Source of the DNA: Octopus vulgaris
Taxonomy: Eukaryota
Assembly: GCA_951406725.2 (NCBI GenBank)
Contig: OX597814.1
Coordinates: 6,262,001 to 6,326,000 of the forward strand
DNA: 64,000 nt
Direction: 5' to 3'
Shown here in pieces: positions 13,550 through 24,540 of the stretch; the stretch's first letter is position 1, and each line of letters starts with the position of its first letter. The notes under the pieces were generated by a model. That model did not search any database. It saw nothing but the letters and a program-made list of their open reading frames with translations, and was not told the DNA's origin. The position numbers and the translations under genes were made by a program.

Positions 13550-14020
13550 GATAATGGTTCCAAATTTTGCCACAAGAGCAGCAGTTTTGGGGGAGGGAAT
13601 AAGTTGATTACATCGACTCCAGTGTTTCACTGGCACTTAGTTTATCAACCCCAAAACATGAAAGGCAAAGTCAACTTAGGCAGAATTTGAACTCAACATA
13701 GTGGCAGAGGAAATACCACTAGGCATTTCACCTGGCGTGCTAACAATTCTGCCAGCTCAACACCTTGATAATAATAATAACAATAATAATAATAATAAGA
13801 AGAAGAATCTTTTCTACTATAGGCACAAGGCTTTGACATCTTGGGGGAGGGGGACAGTCGATTACATTGACTCCAGTGTCTGGTACTTAATTTAATTGGC
13901 CCTGAAAGGATGAAAGGCAAAGTTGACCTCAGCAGAATTTGAACTCAGAATGTCAAGACGGACGAAATACTGCTCAGTATTTTACCCAGTGTGCTAACGA
14001 TGCTGCCAGTCTGCTGCCGC
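13550..14020 (-). mobile_element. two tandem copies of the tRNA-derived SINE (40242 family)
   Basis: Reverse copies of gagctggcagaa...ttagcacgcc...gagttcaaattc...gactttgcctttc, separated by (AAT)n. Confidence 0.7.
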
Positions 14021-14046
14021 AATAATAACAATAATAATGATGATGA

Positions 14047-14527
14047 GCTATAGCAAATATTCTGCTCAATACCACAGATTTGCTTGTCAGTTGTTTGACC
14101 TTAACCAGTTGATTATGTCCCTTGGTGGCTGATGATATGTGCATCTCTGATCACAAGCAGAAGTAGTGGGGGAGTATCATAGCCATGTGTTGAGAGGGAT
14201 TCTTTGGGGTTTGAATAATTCACCTCTGGAAACATGGGTGGTTCTTTCAACATCCTTAAACAACCCTTATTCAGGGACCTTTTGAGCAGGATGGGCTACT
14301 CAACCAGAAGAAAATTCTAACTGGGCTCCACCTGCAAGGTCATGTGCTGTTTATCTTGATATGAGATCACCATGTCGCGCACATATGGTTGTGATGCATG
14401 TGCCTAGTGTACCCTTATCAGACGGGTAGTCACGATGGGTATACTGGGCTTTGTATATTTTACCCCAGTGTCACTTTGATGGCATACACTGCTCTCTCAC
14501 TCAATAATAATAATAATAATAATAATA
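14047..14527 (+). mobile_element. 5'-truncated second copy of the 12773 element with (AAT)n tail
   Basis: Collinear with 12873-13336. Confidence 0.75.
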
Positions 14528-15050
14528 TACTAGCACAAAAGTGCAAAGAGGACCCTGTAGGCAAAATAGTGCATTGTCATGTTAGTCAAGTATGTGGTTT
14601 AAAAACAGCAGAAAAGTGGCACAAACATGCAACAGAGGCTGTGATAGAGAATACAAATAACGAAATGTTGTGGGACCTTGCTGACCAGACTGACCATACT
14701 AAAGAGACACGATCTGACAAAATAAACAAACGGTGCAAGAACACAGATTTTGCCGTTTCCTATGACAGCTGAGTTGATATCAAAGAAACTGGAAAAGATT
14801 GAGAAATATCTGGATTGGGCCAGAGAGCTGAAGGGATTGGCGAAGACCAAGACAAGAATTATTCCTGTGGTAGTAATTGGTGTACTTGGCACAGCATCCC
14901 AAATAACATCGAAGAGACTGAAAGAAATTGGAATTGAAGTTCACATCGTCGACCTGCAGAAAAATACCACTCAATATTTCATAAGATTCCTAAGAAAAAT
15001 TCTTGAGATTTGAGGAAGTTTGTCATTAAACCTCAAGATAAAATACCTGT
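14528..15050 (+). mobile_element. R4/Dong-clade (RLE) LINE 3' ORF remnant
   Basis: ORFs give MLWD..QTDH, KKLEKIEKY and IIPVVVIGVLG, motifs of the restriction-like endonuclease domain. Frameshifted. Confidence 0.8.
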
Positions 15051-15087
15051 TAATTAAATTAGCATACACTAGCATAATGATAATGCT

Positions 15088-15295
15088 AATCTTTTCTACT
15101 CTAGGAACAATACCTGGGGGGGGGGGGGGATAGTCGATTACATCAACCTCAGTACTCAACTGGTATTTATTTTATCAACCTGGAAAGGATAAAAGACAAA
15201 GTTCACCTTGGCAGAATTTGAACACAGGTCATAAAGATGGACGAAATACTGCAAAGCATTTTGTTTGGCGTGCTAACAGTTCTGCCAACTCACCA
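15088..15295 (-). mobile_element. tRNA-derived SINE (40242 family)
   Basis: Reverse copy flanked by (AAT)n. Confidence 0.65.
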
Positions 15296-15321
15296 TAATA
15301 ATCATCATAATAATAATAATA

Positions 15322-15935
15322 ATCTTTATGGCCATGTGGAACAAAATCCTGGGATTGGTTAAGAAAAGAGCAATTAAAAAAAAAAAAGAAACAGAGAGCC
15401 TAATTGTAGCAGCCCAAGATCAAGCAATAAAAACAAACAACACGAGAAGAAAATATATATGGAGAGAATGTGTCAGAAAAATGTAGAGTCTGTGGAACTT
15501 GGAATGAGTCAGTGGCACACACTGTGACAGAATGCTCCAAGTTGGTACAGGAAGAATATAAGAAATGGAGGCACGATCAGGTTGTGAAAGTTTTACATTG
15601 TAAAATGTGCCAGAAACGGGGATTTGAAGCTGGAAACACAGGGTACAATCATTGAGTTGAAAGAATACTGGGGTCAGAGAAATGGAAGATTTTGTGGGAC
15701 TTTACAATTCAAATGGACAAGAAATTAGAAAATAACAGACCAGATATAACAACTGTAGATAAGGAAAAGTGAAGTCGCTTACATATCGGCCCATCATGCC
15801 CATTTGATTCCAGGATCGTAAAGAAAGAGGATGAAAAAAACACACAATCCCTTAAAATTTGAAATAAGAAGAGTTTGGAGTATGAGAACAGTAAAGGTCA
15901 TGCCTCTAATAATTGGTGTGTTGGGAACGGTGAGC
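15322..15935 (+). mobile_element. R4/Dong-clade LINE remnant: CCHC zinc knuckle plus RLE domain
   Basis: AAQDQA; CRVC..ES.AH..TEC; RHD; ILWDFTIQ; NRPDI; PLIIGVLG. Stops and frameshifts present. Confidence 0.85.
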
Positions 15936-15984
15936 ATGCCAGCATGGAAAGCGGATGTTTGATGATGATGATGATTATGAATGA

Positions 15985-17660
15985 AAGCCTATGACAGGAT
16001 TCCACACTCAATAAATTATAAGAAAGCCTATAATTCTACATGATTGCACACTCAGAATAGATTATAAGACAGCTCATGACGTGATCCCACACTCATGGCT
16101 AAGTGGACGTTTGAGTATATTCAGTAATTGCAGACAACAAAAGAGAATTAATTAGCTTTAGCATGAAGGAATGGAAAGTAGATCTCTGCTCAGGTGACAC
16201 ACTCTTAGGAAAAGCTAATATCAAAACAGGAATTTTCCAGAGGGAGTCGTTGTCCCCTTTAATATTTTGTCTTGTGTTTGATCCCTCCCCAGTTTAGTAT
16301 GCTCTACATGGATGATCAGAAGCTTTTTAGTAAGAATGAAAAAGAGATAGATCCCTTAATACAGAATGTAAGATTCTTGAGCAAAGATACAGGCATGGAA
16401 TTTGGCATAGATAAGGGTGCAATATTAGTAATGATGAAAAGGGACAGGCAGTCAACAGTGAAGGCATCCAATTACCAGATGGCCAGACATTAAAATCATT
16501 GAAGGGAGGAGAGGGTTATAAGTATCTAAGAGTATTATATTTCTTTATTGGCCACACAGGGCTGAACACAGAGGGGACAAAATACAAAGTAGAGCTTTTC
16601 TTTTTAGGGAGAAGAAAAAGAAAAAAGCGGGTCGAATTCCGATCAAAAGGAATCATGGGGAAAAAAAGGATCAATAGGGATCGTTTATCACAGAAACGTC
16701 AATGTAAAAGTGAAAACGGATTAGGTTTATCCATGGAAAGAAAAGCCTACGGAAAAGACCACGGGAACCTTGGGTAATAGTGACATGCAAAAAAACACAT
16801 TACAGTAAGTGGCTCTCTTTTTTCCTTTCTCCTTTTTTGGGTTCATAGAATTATGCTCATGGTGGCTCTGTCATTCATACAAGCCATCCTTGCTACATTC
16901 ATCCATCTTATTTTGAAACAGTCACTAGACAACACTTGCCTCTCTACTCTCACCTTCCTCTTCAAGTAATACTCGAAGAAGTTGAGAGATTCACCAGAGA
17001 GGAAAGTGTTTGTCTCTAGACATTTCAGACGCGTCCACCATACACATTCGTTTGCCATAGCCACAAGTACGATGAGAATGGCTCTTCCTTCTCGTTTCAA
17101 GGAAGGAGGCGCGACAATATTCACGATAGACTCGGTTGAAAAACTGACTTGTCCCACATGCGATAGCATTTGTTCGACATAGGCCCACAAGTTGGAAATG
17201 GTTGGACACTGTACGAGTGCAGAATCTAACAGAGTACTAACAACAGAAATGGAAAGGAAAATTGAGAAAGAGTACATCAGAAGTGTGTGGAAGCTAATGA
17301 AGTCAAAGCTAAATGGTCCGAATCTAGTGAAGTGTTGGGCAGTATCATTACTTAGATACTCGGCAGTTTTTGTAGATTGGACAAAAACTGAATTGGCAAA
17401 GCTAGACAGAAGAACTAGGAAGGAATTCAATATGAATGGAGGACCCCACCCAAGGACAGAAGTAGGAGAAAATTTGTTAGTAGCAGCACAAGATTAAGCA
17501 TTGGGTACTAACTGGATAAAAGCCAAGACAGACAAAAACCAAGTAGATTCACAATGTAGGTTATGCAAATCAAGAGAGGAAAGTGTTACTCATATAATAA
17601 GTGAATGCAGCATTCTGGCATAGATAGAATACAAGAAAAGACATGACACCCTAGGGAGAG
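15985..17660 (+). mobile_element. R4/Dong-clade LINE remnant: RT through zinc knuckle, split by a nested LINE
   Basis: KAYD.IPH, GIFQ.ESLSPL, LYMDD, YKYL.VL | ESN..., WAVSLLRYS, CRLC..EES..HIISEC, KKRHD, then (AAT)n. Confidence 0.85.
16538..17220 (-). mobile_element. 5'-truncated L1/Tx1-like LINE (ORF2 C-terminus plus 3'UTR), nested in the R4/Dong element
   Basis: QCPTISNLWAYVEQML...VWWTR...YLKRKVRVER...RWMNVARMA, homologous to 39170-39656. The 3' end is gtggccaataaagaaata. Confidence 0.8.
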
Positions 17661-18107
17661 TAATAATAATAATAATAATAATCTTTTCTACTATATGCAG
17701 AAGGCTTGAAACTTCGGGAGAGGGGGTTAATTGAATAATAAAAACTATTATTAACAACAAAAAAACAATAATCTCTTTTACTAAAGACCCAAGGCCTGAA
17801 ATTTTGAGGGAGGGGAATAGTCAATTACATCAACCCCAGTGTTTCACTGGTACTTATTTATTGACCTCAAAATGATGACAGGTAAAGTTAACCTCAGTGG
17901 AATTTGAACTCAGACTGTAAAGATGGAATACATAATAATAATAATAATGATAATAATAATAATGATATAATAATAATAATGATGATAATAATAATAATGA
18001 TGATAATAATAATAATAACAATCAGTCAACAGCATGATGCCAAGCAATGTAAACCTCAGTTGTCTTGTCATTTGTCATATAACAGAGATATTTTACATGA
18101 AATTATT

Positions 18108-18321
18108 CTTTTCTACTCAAGGCACAAGGCCCAAAGTTTTGGGGAGGGGGGGCCAGTCGATTAGATCAACCCCAGAACACAACTGGTACTTAATTTATTG
18201 ACCCTGAAAGGATGAAAAGCAAAGTCAACCTCAGCGGAATTTGAACTCAGAATGTAAAGATAGACGAAATACTGCTAAGCTTTTCGCCCAGCGTGCTAAC
18301 ATTTCTGCCAGTTCACTGCCT
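18108..18321 (-). mobile_element. tRNA-derived SINE with 17-bp target-site duplication
   Basis: TSD ttttacatgaaattatt at 18091-18107 and 18322-18338. Confidence 0.85.
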
Positions 18322-18479
18322 TTTTACATGAAATTATTGATGAAGGAATTGGTCATGTATTGGCACCCTGATCAATTCTACCCTTCTGAAAGAACAGTGG
18401 TTATGTAACTTCTCTATAGTAAGAAGCCTGTTCTGCTCTGGCCCTTTATTCTTATACGCATCATTTTCGAGGTAAAACT

Positions 18480-18975
18480 AAAGGCAGAGTATTAAATGAT
18501 GTGAAGTTTCTCTGTAAAATATAAATTGAAGCGCTTTGAGCCATTCTGAAATCCACGTGTTTTATTTAACACTACAGGTGAGATAGATGCTGGTGATTTC
18601 TCCAGATTCTCTCAATTTCCAAACGTGTTTTGAATACGTTGTGTTTGCTTGGTTGTGGTGACAGAATGACTATTGAAATGGTGCTCTCATCAGCATGTTG
18701 TATACAATGCTTCAACATGCAGGCAGTAAACTCACCATTTCAGCAGATGCTTTTATTTCCCTTTAGTTGCAATATTTTTGGCATTGTAGGTCTTAACGGT
18801 ATTAAACATTTCTTATACTGCTGTAGCTCACCTTCACATTGTTTTTATTGAACAACTGGAAGACATTTATAACTCTTCAGGAAACTTTTTGCACACAGGG
18901 AAATGTTTGCAGCGTTAGATTTTACATCAATGTTGCATGGTGGGTTATACCATATAACATTTCTTTCGCAAGTGG
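18480..18975 (-). pseudogene. Penelope-like element (PLE) ORF remnant: RT-thumb linker to GIY-YIG C-terminus
   Basis: Minus-strand translation across frameshifts gives RNVIWYNPP, LFNKNNVKVSYS, KHVWKLRE and KRFNLYFTEKLHI. These match PLE motifs (WFNPP, IFNRNxVKVSYS, CNLCLxEK). Confidence 0.7.
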
Positions 18976-20000
18976 TTTGTTGGGTGGTGACAAGATATGG
19001 TCATTTAGTACTGTACATGTTGTTTGTATCAGCTGAGAGATGGCACAGTGCAGTGCACTGTGACCCTGTTAGTTTAATCAGAGGGTAAAGCATTTACTGG
19101 CATGCTGATATTTCCTGGTCCCTCTGTCCCGCTTCTAATCACTTTGTACTTTGAAGGTCTACCTAAAATCTCATCACTACTATTTCTATCTCTTTCCAGA
19201 TCCACCTGAGTACTTGTGTAGCTCTTCTACAGCAAGAAACCAGTTCTGTTCCGGCCCCTTATTCTTATATGCATCATTTTCGAGGTATAGCATCCCTCGC
19301 TCAGTTTGCAGTCTTGCAAGCTGCACAGCAACCTCACAACTGTTGGTGACAGGAAAAGCAACAAAAAAAAAACAAAAAAAAAACCCTCAGAACAGTCAGA
19401 AAAGTGAAACAGGGAGCTCAAAGAGGAGCAACAGGGAAAGATTTAGCTTCAAAGAAATGAAGCCTTCCACCTGTAATCCATCCAACCACACACACACACA
19501 CGAAGGGGAACAGGAAACATAAAACCAAAATCCAACAAATAGAACTGAAATACGAATGAAATATTTGGCAAAAATTGCTGTAAAAAGATAAATGTCACGA
19601 CATTTGTATGTGAAGCAATTACAATTTATTAGCTAATTAATTTATTAGCTAATGAATGGCTGCAGTAGTTTGAGAGATGTGACTGACTGATGAAGGTGTG
19701 TTGATTAAACATGGCTTTGTTAATGATGTTTTCATGACAAAATAATGTTAGAACAATCAGCATTGGTAATCTGTTAAGAACTGTGCAGGTTTATTCTTAC
19801 ACGAAAGATGGAATTATACAGGTGAATCATACTTAAGCTCATTAAAATGGTTAAGAAAAAATAATAAACCTGTTTGGAAGAATTTGAACCATTACAATAA
19901 AACTTTGAGGATCATCTGTTTAAAGGTGTGGAATTGTGAAAGAAAAACCTGACTGAATGAAGATGTTCTGCTGAGAATATTTGTTCTGTAAAAACAAATT

Positions 20001-20382
20001 AGGCGCAGGAGTGGCTGTGTGGTAAGTAGCTTGCTAACCAACCACATGGCACCTTGGGCAAGTGTCTTCTGCTATAGCCCCAGGCCGACCAATGCCTTGT
20101 GAGTGGATTTGGTAGACGGAAACTGAAAGAAGCCTGTCGTATATATGTATATATATATGTGTATGTGTGTATGTGTTTGTGTGTCTGTGTTTGTCCCCTT
20201 AGCATTGCTTGACAACCGATGCTGGTGTGTTTACGTCCCCGTTACTTAGCGGTTCGGCAAAAGAGACCGATAGAATAAGTACTGGGCTTAGAAAAGAATA
20301 GGTCCCGGGGTCGAGTTGCTCGATTAAAGGTGCGGTGCTCCAGCATGGCTGCAGTCAAATGACTGAAACAAGTAAAAGAGTA
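20001..20382 (+). mobile_element. tRNA-derived SINE (4401 family), B-box segment deleted
   Basis: Near-identical to 4401-4790, with the same aaccacatgg|ca junction. Confidence 0.85.
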
Positions 20383-20479
20383 AGTCAGAACACAAGATTG
20401 TTAAGTGCGGAAACAAATATACAGTCGGGAGACAGAAGAGGATATATTTACCAGAAGCTGTGATCATTCGGTGAAATAG

Positions 20480-21100
20480 CATATAAGGAACCACCAAAGC
20501 ATCTCTCCACATCACCATATGTCCCTCACTCACTGCCCCACCCCACCCCTCTACTCATGCAATTTACTAAATCATCTCATTTCTTTCTCATTCTCATCCC
20601 TCTCCTGTCCACTGCATCACTATTACTTTTCTGCAGCTCTGTACTATCGGTCATCTCCACCCACCCCGCTTCCTGCATCCACAAACTCATACGTCATTGG
20701 TCAGCCACCATTCATTATATCTCCCTTCCACTTTCAACCCTATTCAACCTTTACAATTTACCTATCTCGCCTTCCCCCTCCCCCGTACTTCTCTTGCAAT
20801 CCCCACCAACCCACACTCATACTCCCTCTGTCCCTTGAGGGTCCACCCACACACCTGTCTTTCCATCTCCATCCGGTCACTCCCACCTCCCTTCTAAAAC
20901 ATGAGCAGTCATGTAGCTCCTTTACGGCCAGAAACCTGTCATGCTCTGGCCCTTTATCTCATACTTTTATCCCTCATCTCCTGGCACAAAGGTGCCCCTT
21001 TTGGTTTTGTTGTCTTGCAGGCTGTATGGTAACCTTACTAGTGCTGCTGGCACTAAAAATGCACCGAAATATATTCTGTAAAGAGGTTGGGATCAAGAGG
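20480..21100 (+). repeat. pyrimidine-rich repeat leading into the SINE/RTE tail
   Basis: Similar to 1440-2285. The block gaaacctgtcatgctctggccctttat is shared with 18413-18474 and 19226-19287. Confidence 0.45.
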
Positions 21101-21846
21101 AGCATCCAGCTGTGTAAACCCTGCCAAAGTAGGCAGTGGGGCATCCAGCTGTGTAAACCCTGCCAAAGTAGGCAGTGGGACATCCAGCTGTGTAAACCCT
21201 GCCAAAATAGGCAGTGGGACATCCAGCTGTGTAAACCCTGCCAAAGTAGGCAGTGGGGCATCCAGCTGTGTAAACCCTGCCAAAGTAGGCAGTGGGGCAT
21301 CCAGCTGTGTAAACCCTGCCAAAGTAGGCAGTGGGGCATCCAGCTGTGTAAACCCTGCCAAAGTAAGCAGTGGGGCATCCAGCTGTGTAAACCCTGCCAA
21401 AGTAGGCAGTGGGGCATCCAGCTGTGTAAACCCTGCCAAAGTAGGCAGTGGGGCATCCAGCTGTGTAAACCCTGCCAAAGTAGGCAGTGGGGCATCCAGC
21501 TGTGTAAACCCTGCCAAAGTAGGCAGTGGGGCATCCAGCTGTGTAAACCCTGCCAAAGTAGGCAGTGGGGCATCCAGCTGTGTAAACCCTGCCAAAGTAG
21601 GCAGTGGGGCATCCAGCTGTGTAAACCCTGCCAAAGTAGGCAGTGGGGCATCCAGCTGTGTAAACCCTGCCAAAGTAGGCAGTGGGGCATCCAGCTGTGT
21701 AAACCCTGCCAAAGTAGGCAGTGGGGCATCCAGCTGTGTAAACCCTGCCAAAGTAGGCAGTGGGGCATCCAGCTGTGTAAACCCTGCCAAAGTAGGCAGT
21801 GGGGCATCCAGCTGTGTAAACCCTGCCAAAGTAGGCAGTGGGGCAT
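21101..21846. repeat. 39-bp minisatellite, about 19 units, derived from the SINE tail
   Basis: Unit ggcatccagctgtgtaaaccctgccaaagtaggcagtgg, nearly homogeneous. It matches SINE gggcatccagctgtagaaac..tgcca. Confidence 0.95.
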
Positions 21847-22355
21847 GATAGATGGATGTTACATGATGAGAAACAATAAAACAGTCATCACCGGAGCAAT
21901 TACGACCAAAGCCTTACCAGGAGTCAATACATTGAGACCACAGAATATACTGGAATTTGCCAATTCTCTGGAAGATGTTTGTGTAGAAATTGAAAAAGAA
22001 ATCAACGTAAAACAGCCAAATATGACAAAAAATGATTAGAACTGGAGAAGAATATATTGTCTTTAATATATCAATTGGTGTTTACTAAAACATTGCATGG
22101 AAAAATGGTTTAGAAAGCCTGAACCTAAAGAGTCAGAGGAAACAGAAAACAGGGGAGGAGAGAAAAAGAGAGAGAAGAATGTAGGTAAACCTATTCTCAA
22201 TAGTAAGAGAGATCATAGATGAGAATTATAAACAATTCTATATGCAGGAGTCATTCAGTTTTGTGTGTTGCAGTTGAAGGGTGAAATATAATTTTAACCT
22301 ACAAACCCAATGTAGGTCTAATTAATTTCAAAATATTTTTCCTGAAACTGATTGA

Positions 22356-22585
22356 TTAACCCTTTCATTATCAACCCGGCCAAAACCGGCTCTGGCTCTG
22401 TAGTATTAATGTCTTGTTTTCATAAGTTTTGAATTAAAATCTTCCATCAAACCTTAGTCACAATTTATGTTCCTAACACTAGCTTAAATGATAACTAAGT
22501 TATTTTACTAAACTCTTTGTTATATTTAAAGTAATTGAAAGAAATACAGAGCATCTCAACAGAAATATGGTAACGAAAGGGTTAA
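22356..22585 (+). mobile_element. TTAA-flanked piggyBac-type MITE, family A
   Basis: TTAA-CCCTTTCATTATC ... GGTAACGAAAGGG-TTAA. Confidence 0.85.
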
Positions 22586-23002
22586 TGTGATTATTTATTA
22601 CCTTCAACTTGAAATATATATGAACAAATTCAAACTTTATGCCAAGTCATCATGTTCTTCCTTCTCACCTAGTCATGAAGTCATCTATGGATGACCATAA
22701 CAGTAATAACAAGTATAGACCAATACAAGAGCCTCGTTATAATCCCAGAGAACATATTTTCTCAGGTATTTCTAAGTCTTGTATATGTGATTAAAATATA
22801 ACCATACCACAACTTAATCTTACATTTAACAGCATGTATACTACAATACATATGACTGGCTATGTATTACTGGGTGTACATTACATATAAAGGCACTGCA
22901 TAAAACACTAATTTATTAAAAAGTCTGATGACATTAACATACTTTTTTTTACAATAGAAAACATTTCCTAGAAAATATTGAAAACATATAAGATAGTGCA
23001 TT

Positions 23003-23067
<65 letters not shown>

Positions 23068-23731
23068 TATGAAGGTAGATAGATGTTCCTAGAAAATATT
23101 GAAAGCATAAGATAACACAATGATATGTGTATTCCTAGAATATATTGAATACAAAAGATAAAAGTGAACAGAGAGCAGAACAAGACTTGGTCTAAAGGTT
23201 AGAGAATAAATATTAATCTGCGATCATATTCGTGATAATTGATCTTCTACTTCTTCTTCGCCCCCCCCCCCCCCCAAAACTATTATCAATGCTATCTGAC
23301 ACAACTAAAAGGATTTACCAATTAGAAATGAAACAATTGATAACAGCCATTTCCCAAGAACTAACCTGGCAAACAATATATTAGTTTAGCTGTTTGGGTT
23401 GGCACTAATGGCTTTTAATCAATATGGTTGTTTCTGAACATGTGGTGTTGGGGGTGAAGGGTATGCGTGTGAGAGAGAGAGAGAGTTGGATGGGTGGGTG
23501 AATGCTTCTGTTTTGCTGATGGAGATATGTTTCATGGTGCAGAACATTCTGGCTGATTGCAAATTTGTTTGACAAACAGTAAGAAGAGATACTTCTAGAA
23601 CAAACAAATATAATAAACATATAAATAAATAGAAACCCAACAAAAATGAGTCCATTTAAAAGTAGACTAAATGCCTGTTGTAGGGCTGAGCTGAAGGATT
23701 TATACACAACACGTGATATATATAATGAATG

Positions 23732-23775
<44 letters not shown>

Positions 23776-23835
23776 GTGATAATACAAACACTATGATGTA
23801 TATATGTGATATAATATATATATATATATATATAC

Positions 23836-24225
23836 TCTCTTTTACTCTTTTACATGTTTCAGTCATTTGACTGCAGCCATGCTGGAGCACCGCCTTTAGT
23901 TGAGCAAATCAACCCCAGGCCTTATTCTTTGTAAGCCCAGTACTTATTCCATCGGTCTCTTTTGCCGAACCGCTAAGTGACGGGGACGTAAACACACCAG
24001 CATCGGTTGTCAAGCAATGCTAGGGGGACAAACATACACACACATATATATATACATACATATATACGACAGGCTTCTTTCAGTTTCCGTCTACCAAATC
24101 CACTCACAAGGCTTTGGTTGGCCTGAGGCTATAGTAGAAGACACTTGCCCAAGATGCCACGCAGTGAGACTGAACCCGGAACCATGTGGTTGGTAAGCAA
24201 GCTACTTACCACACAGCCACTCCTG
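23836..24225 (-). mobile_element. full-length tRNA-derived SINE (4401 family) with B-box segment
   Basis: The minus strand reads gcaggagtggctgtgtggtaag...catggttccGGGTTCAGTCTCactgcgtggcatc. Confidence 0.85.
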
Positions 24226-24235
24226 CAAACACTAT

Positions 24236-24251
24236 GATATATATATATATG

Positions 24252-24331
<80 letters not shown>

Positions 24332-24356
24332 CATATATATACATACATATATATAT

Positions 24357-24403
<47 letters not shown>

Positions 24404-24480
24404 CATATACACATATACATATATATATATACATATATATACATATATATATACATATATATATATATACATATATATAC

Positions 24481-24529
<49 letters not shown>

Positions 24530-24540
24530 GAGAGAGAGAG
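24236..24540. repeat. (TA)n/(TACA)n microsatellite
   Basis: Direct reading of the sequence. Confidence 0.95.

Noticed and set aside
19688-19720. Isolated CTGATGA/CTGAAGA hits (also at about 36354, 43122, 60562 and 62629 on the minus strand)
   Set aside because: They lack a correctly placed GAAA or the helix I/II pairing, and are expected by chance.
20519-22039. 506-aa Cys-rich protein gene
   Set aside because: It is composed of a pyrimidine-rich repeat plus a SINE-derived 39-bp array, with no recognisable domain.
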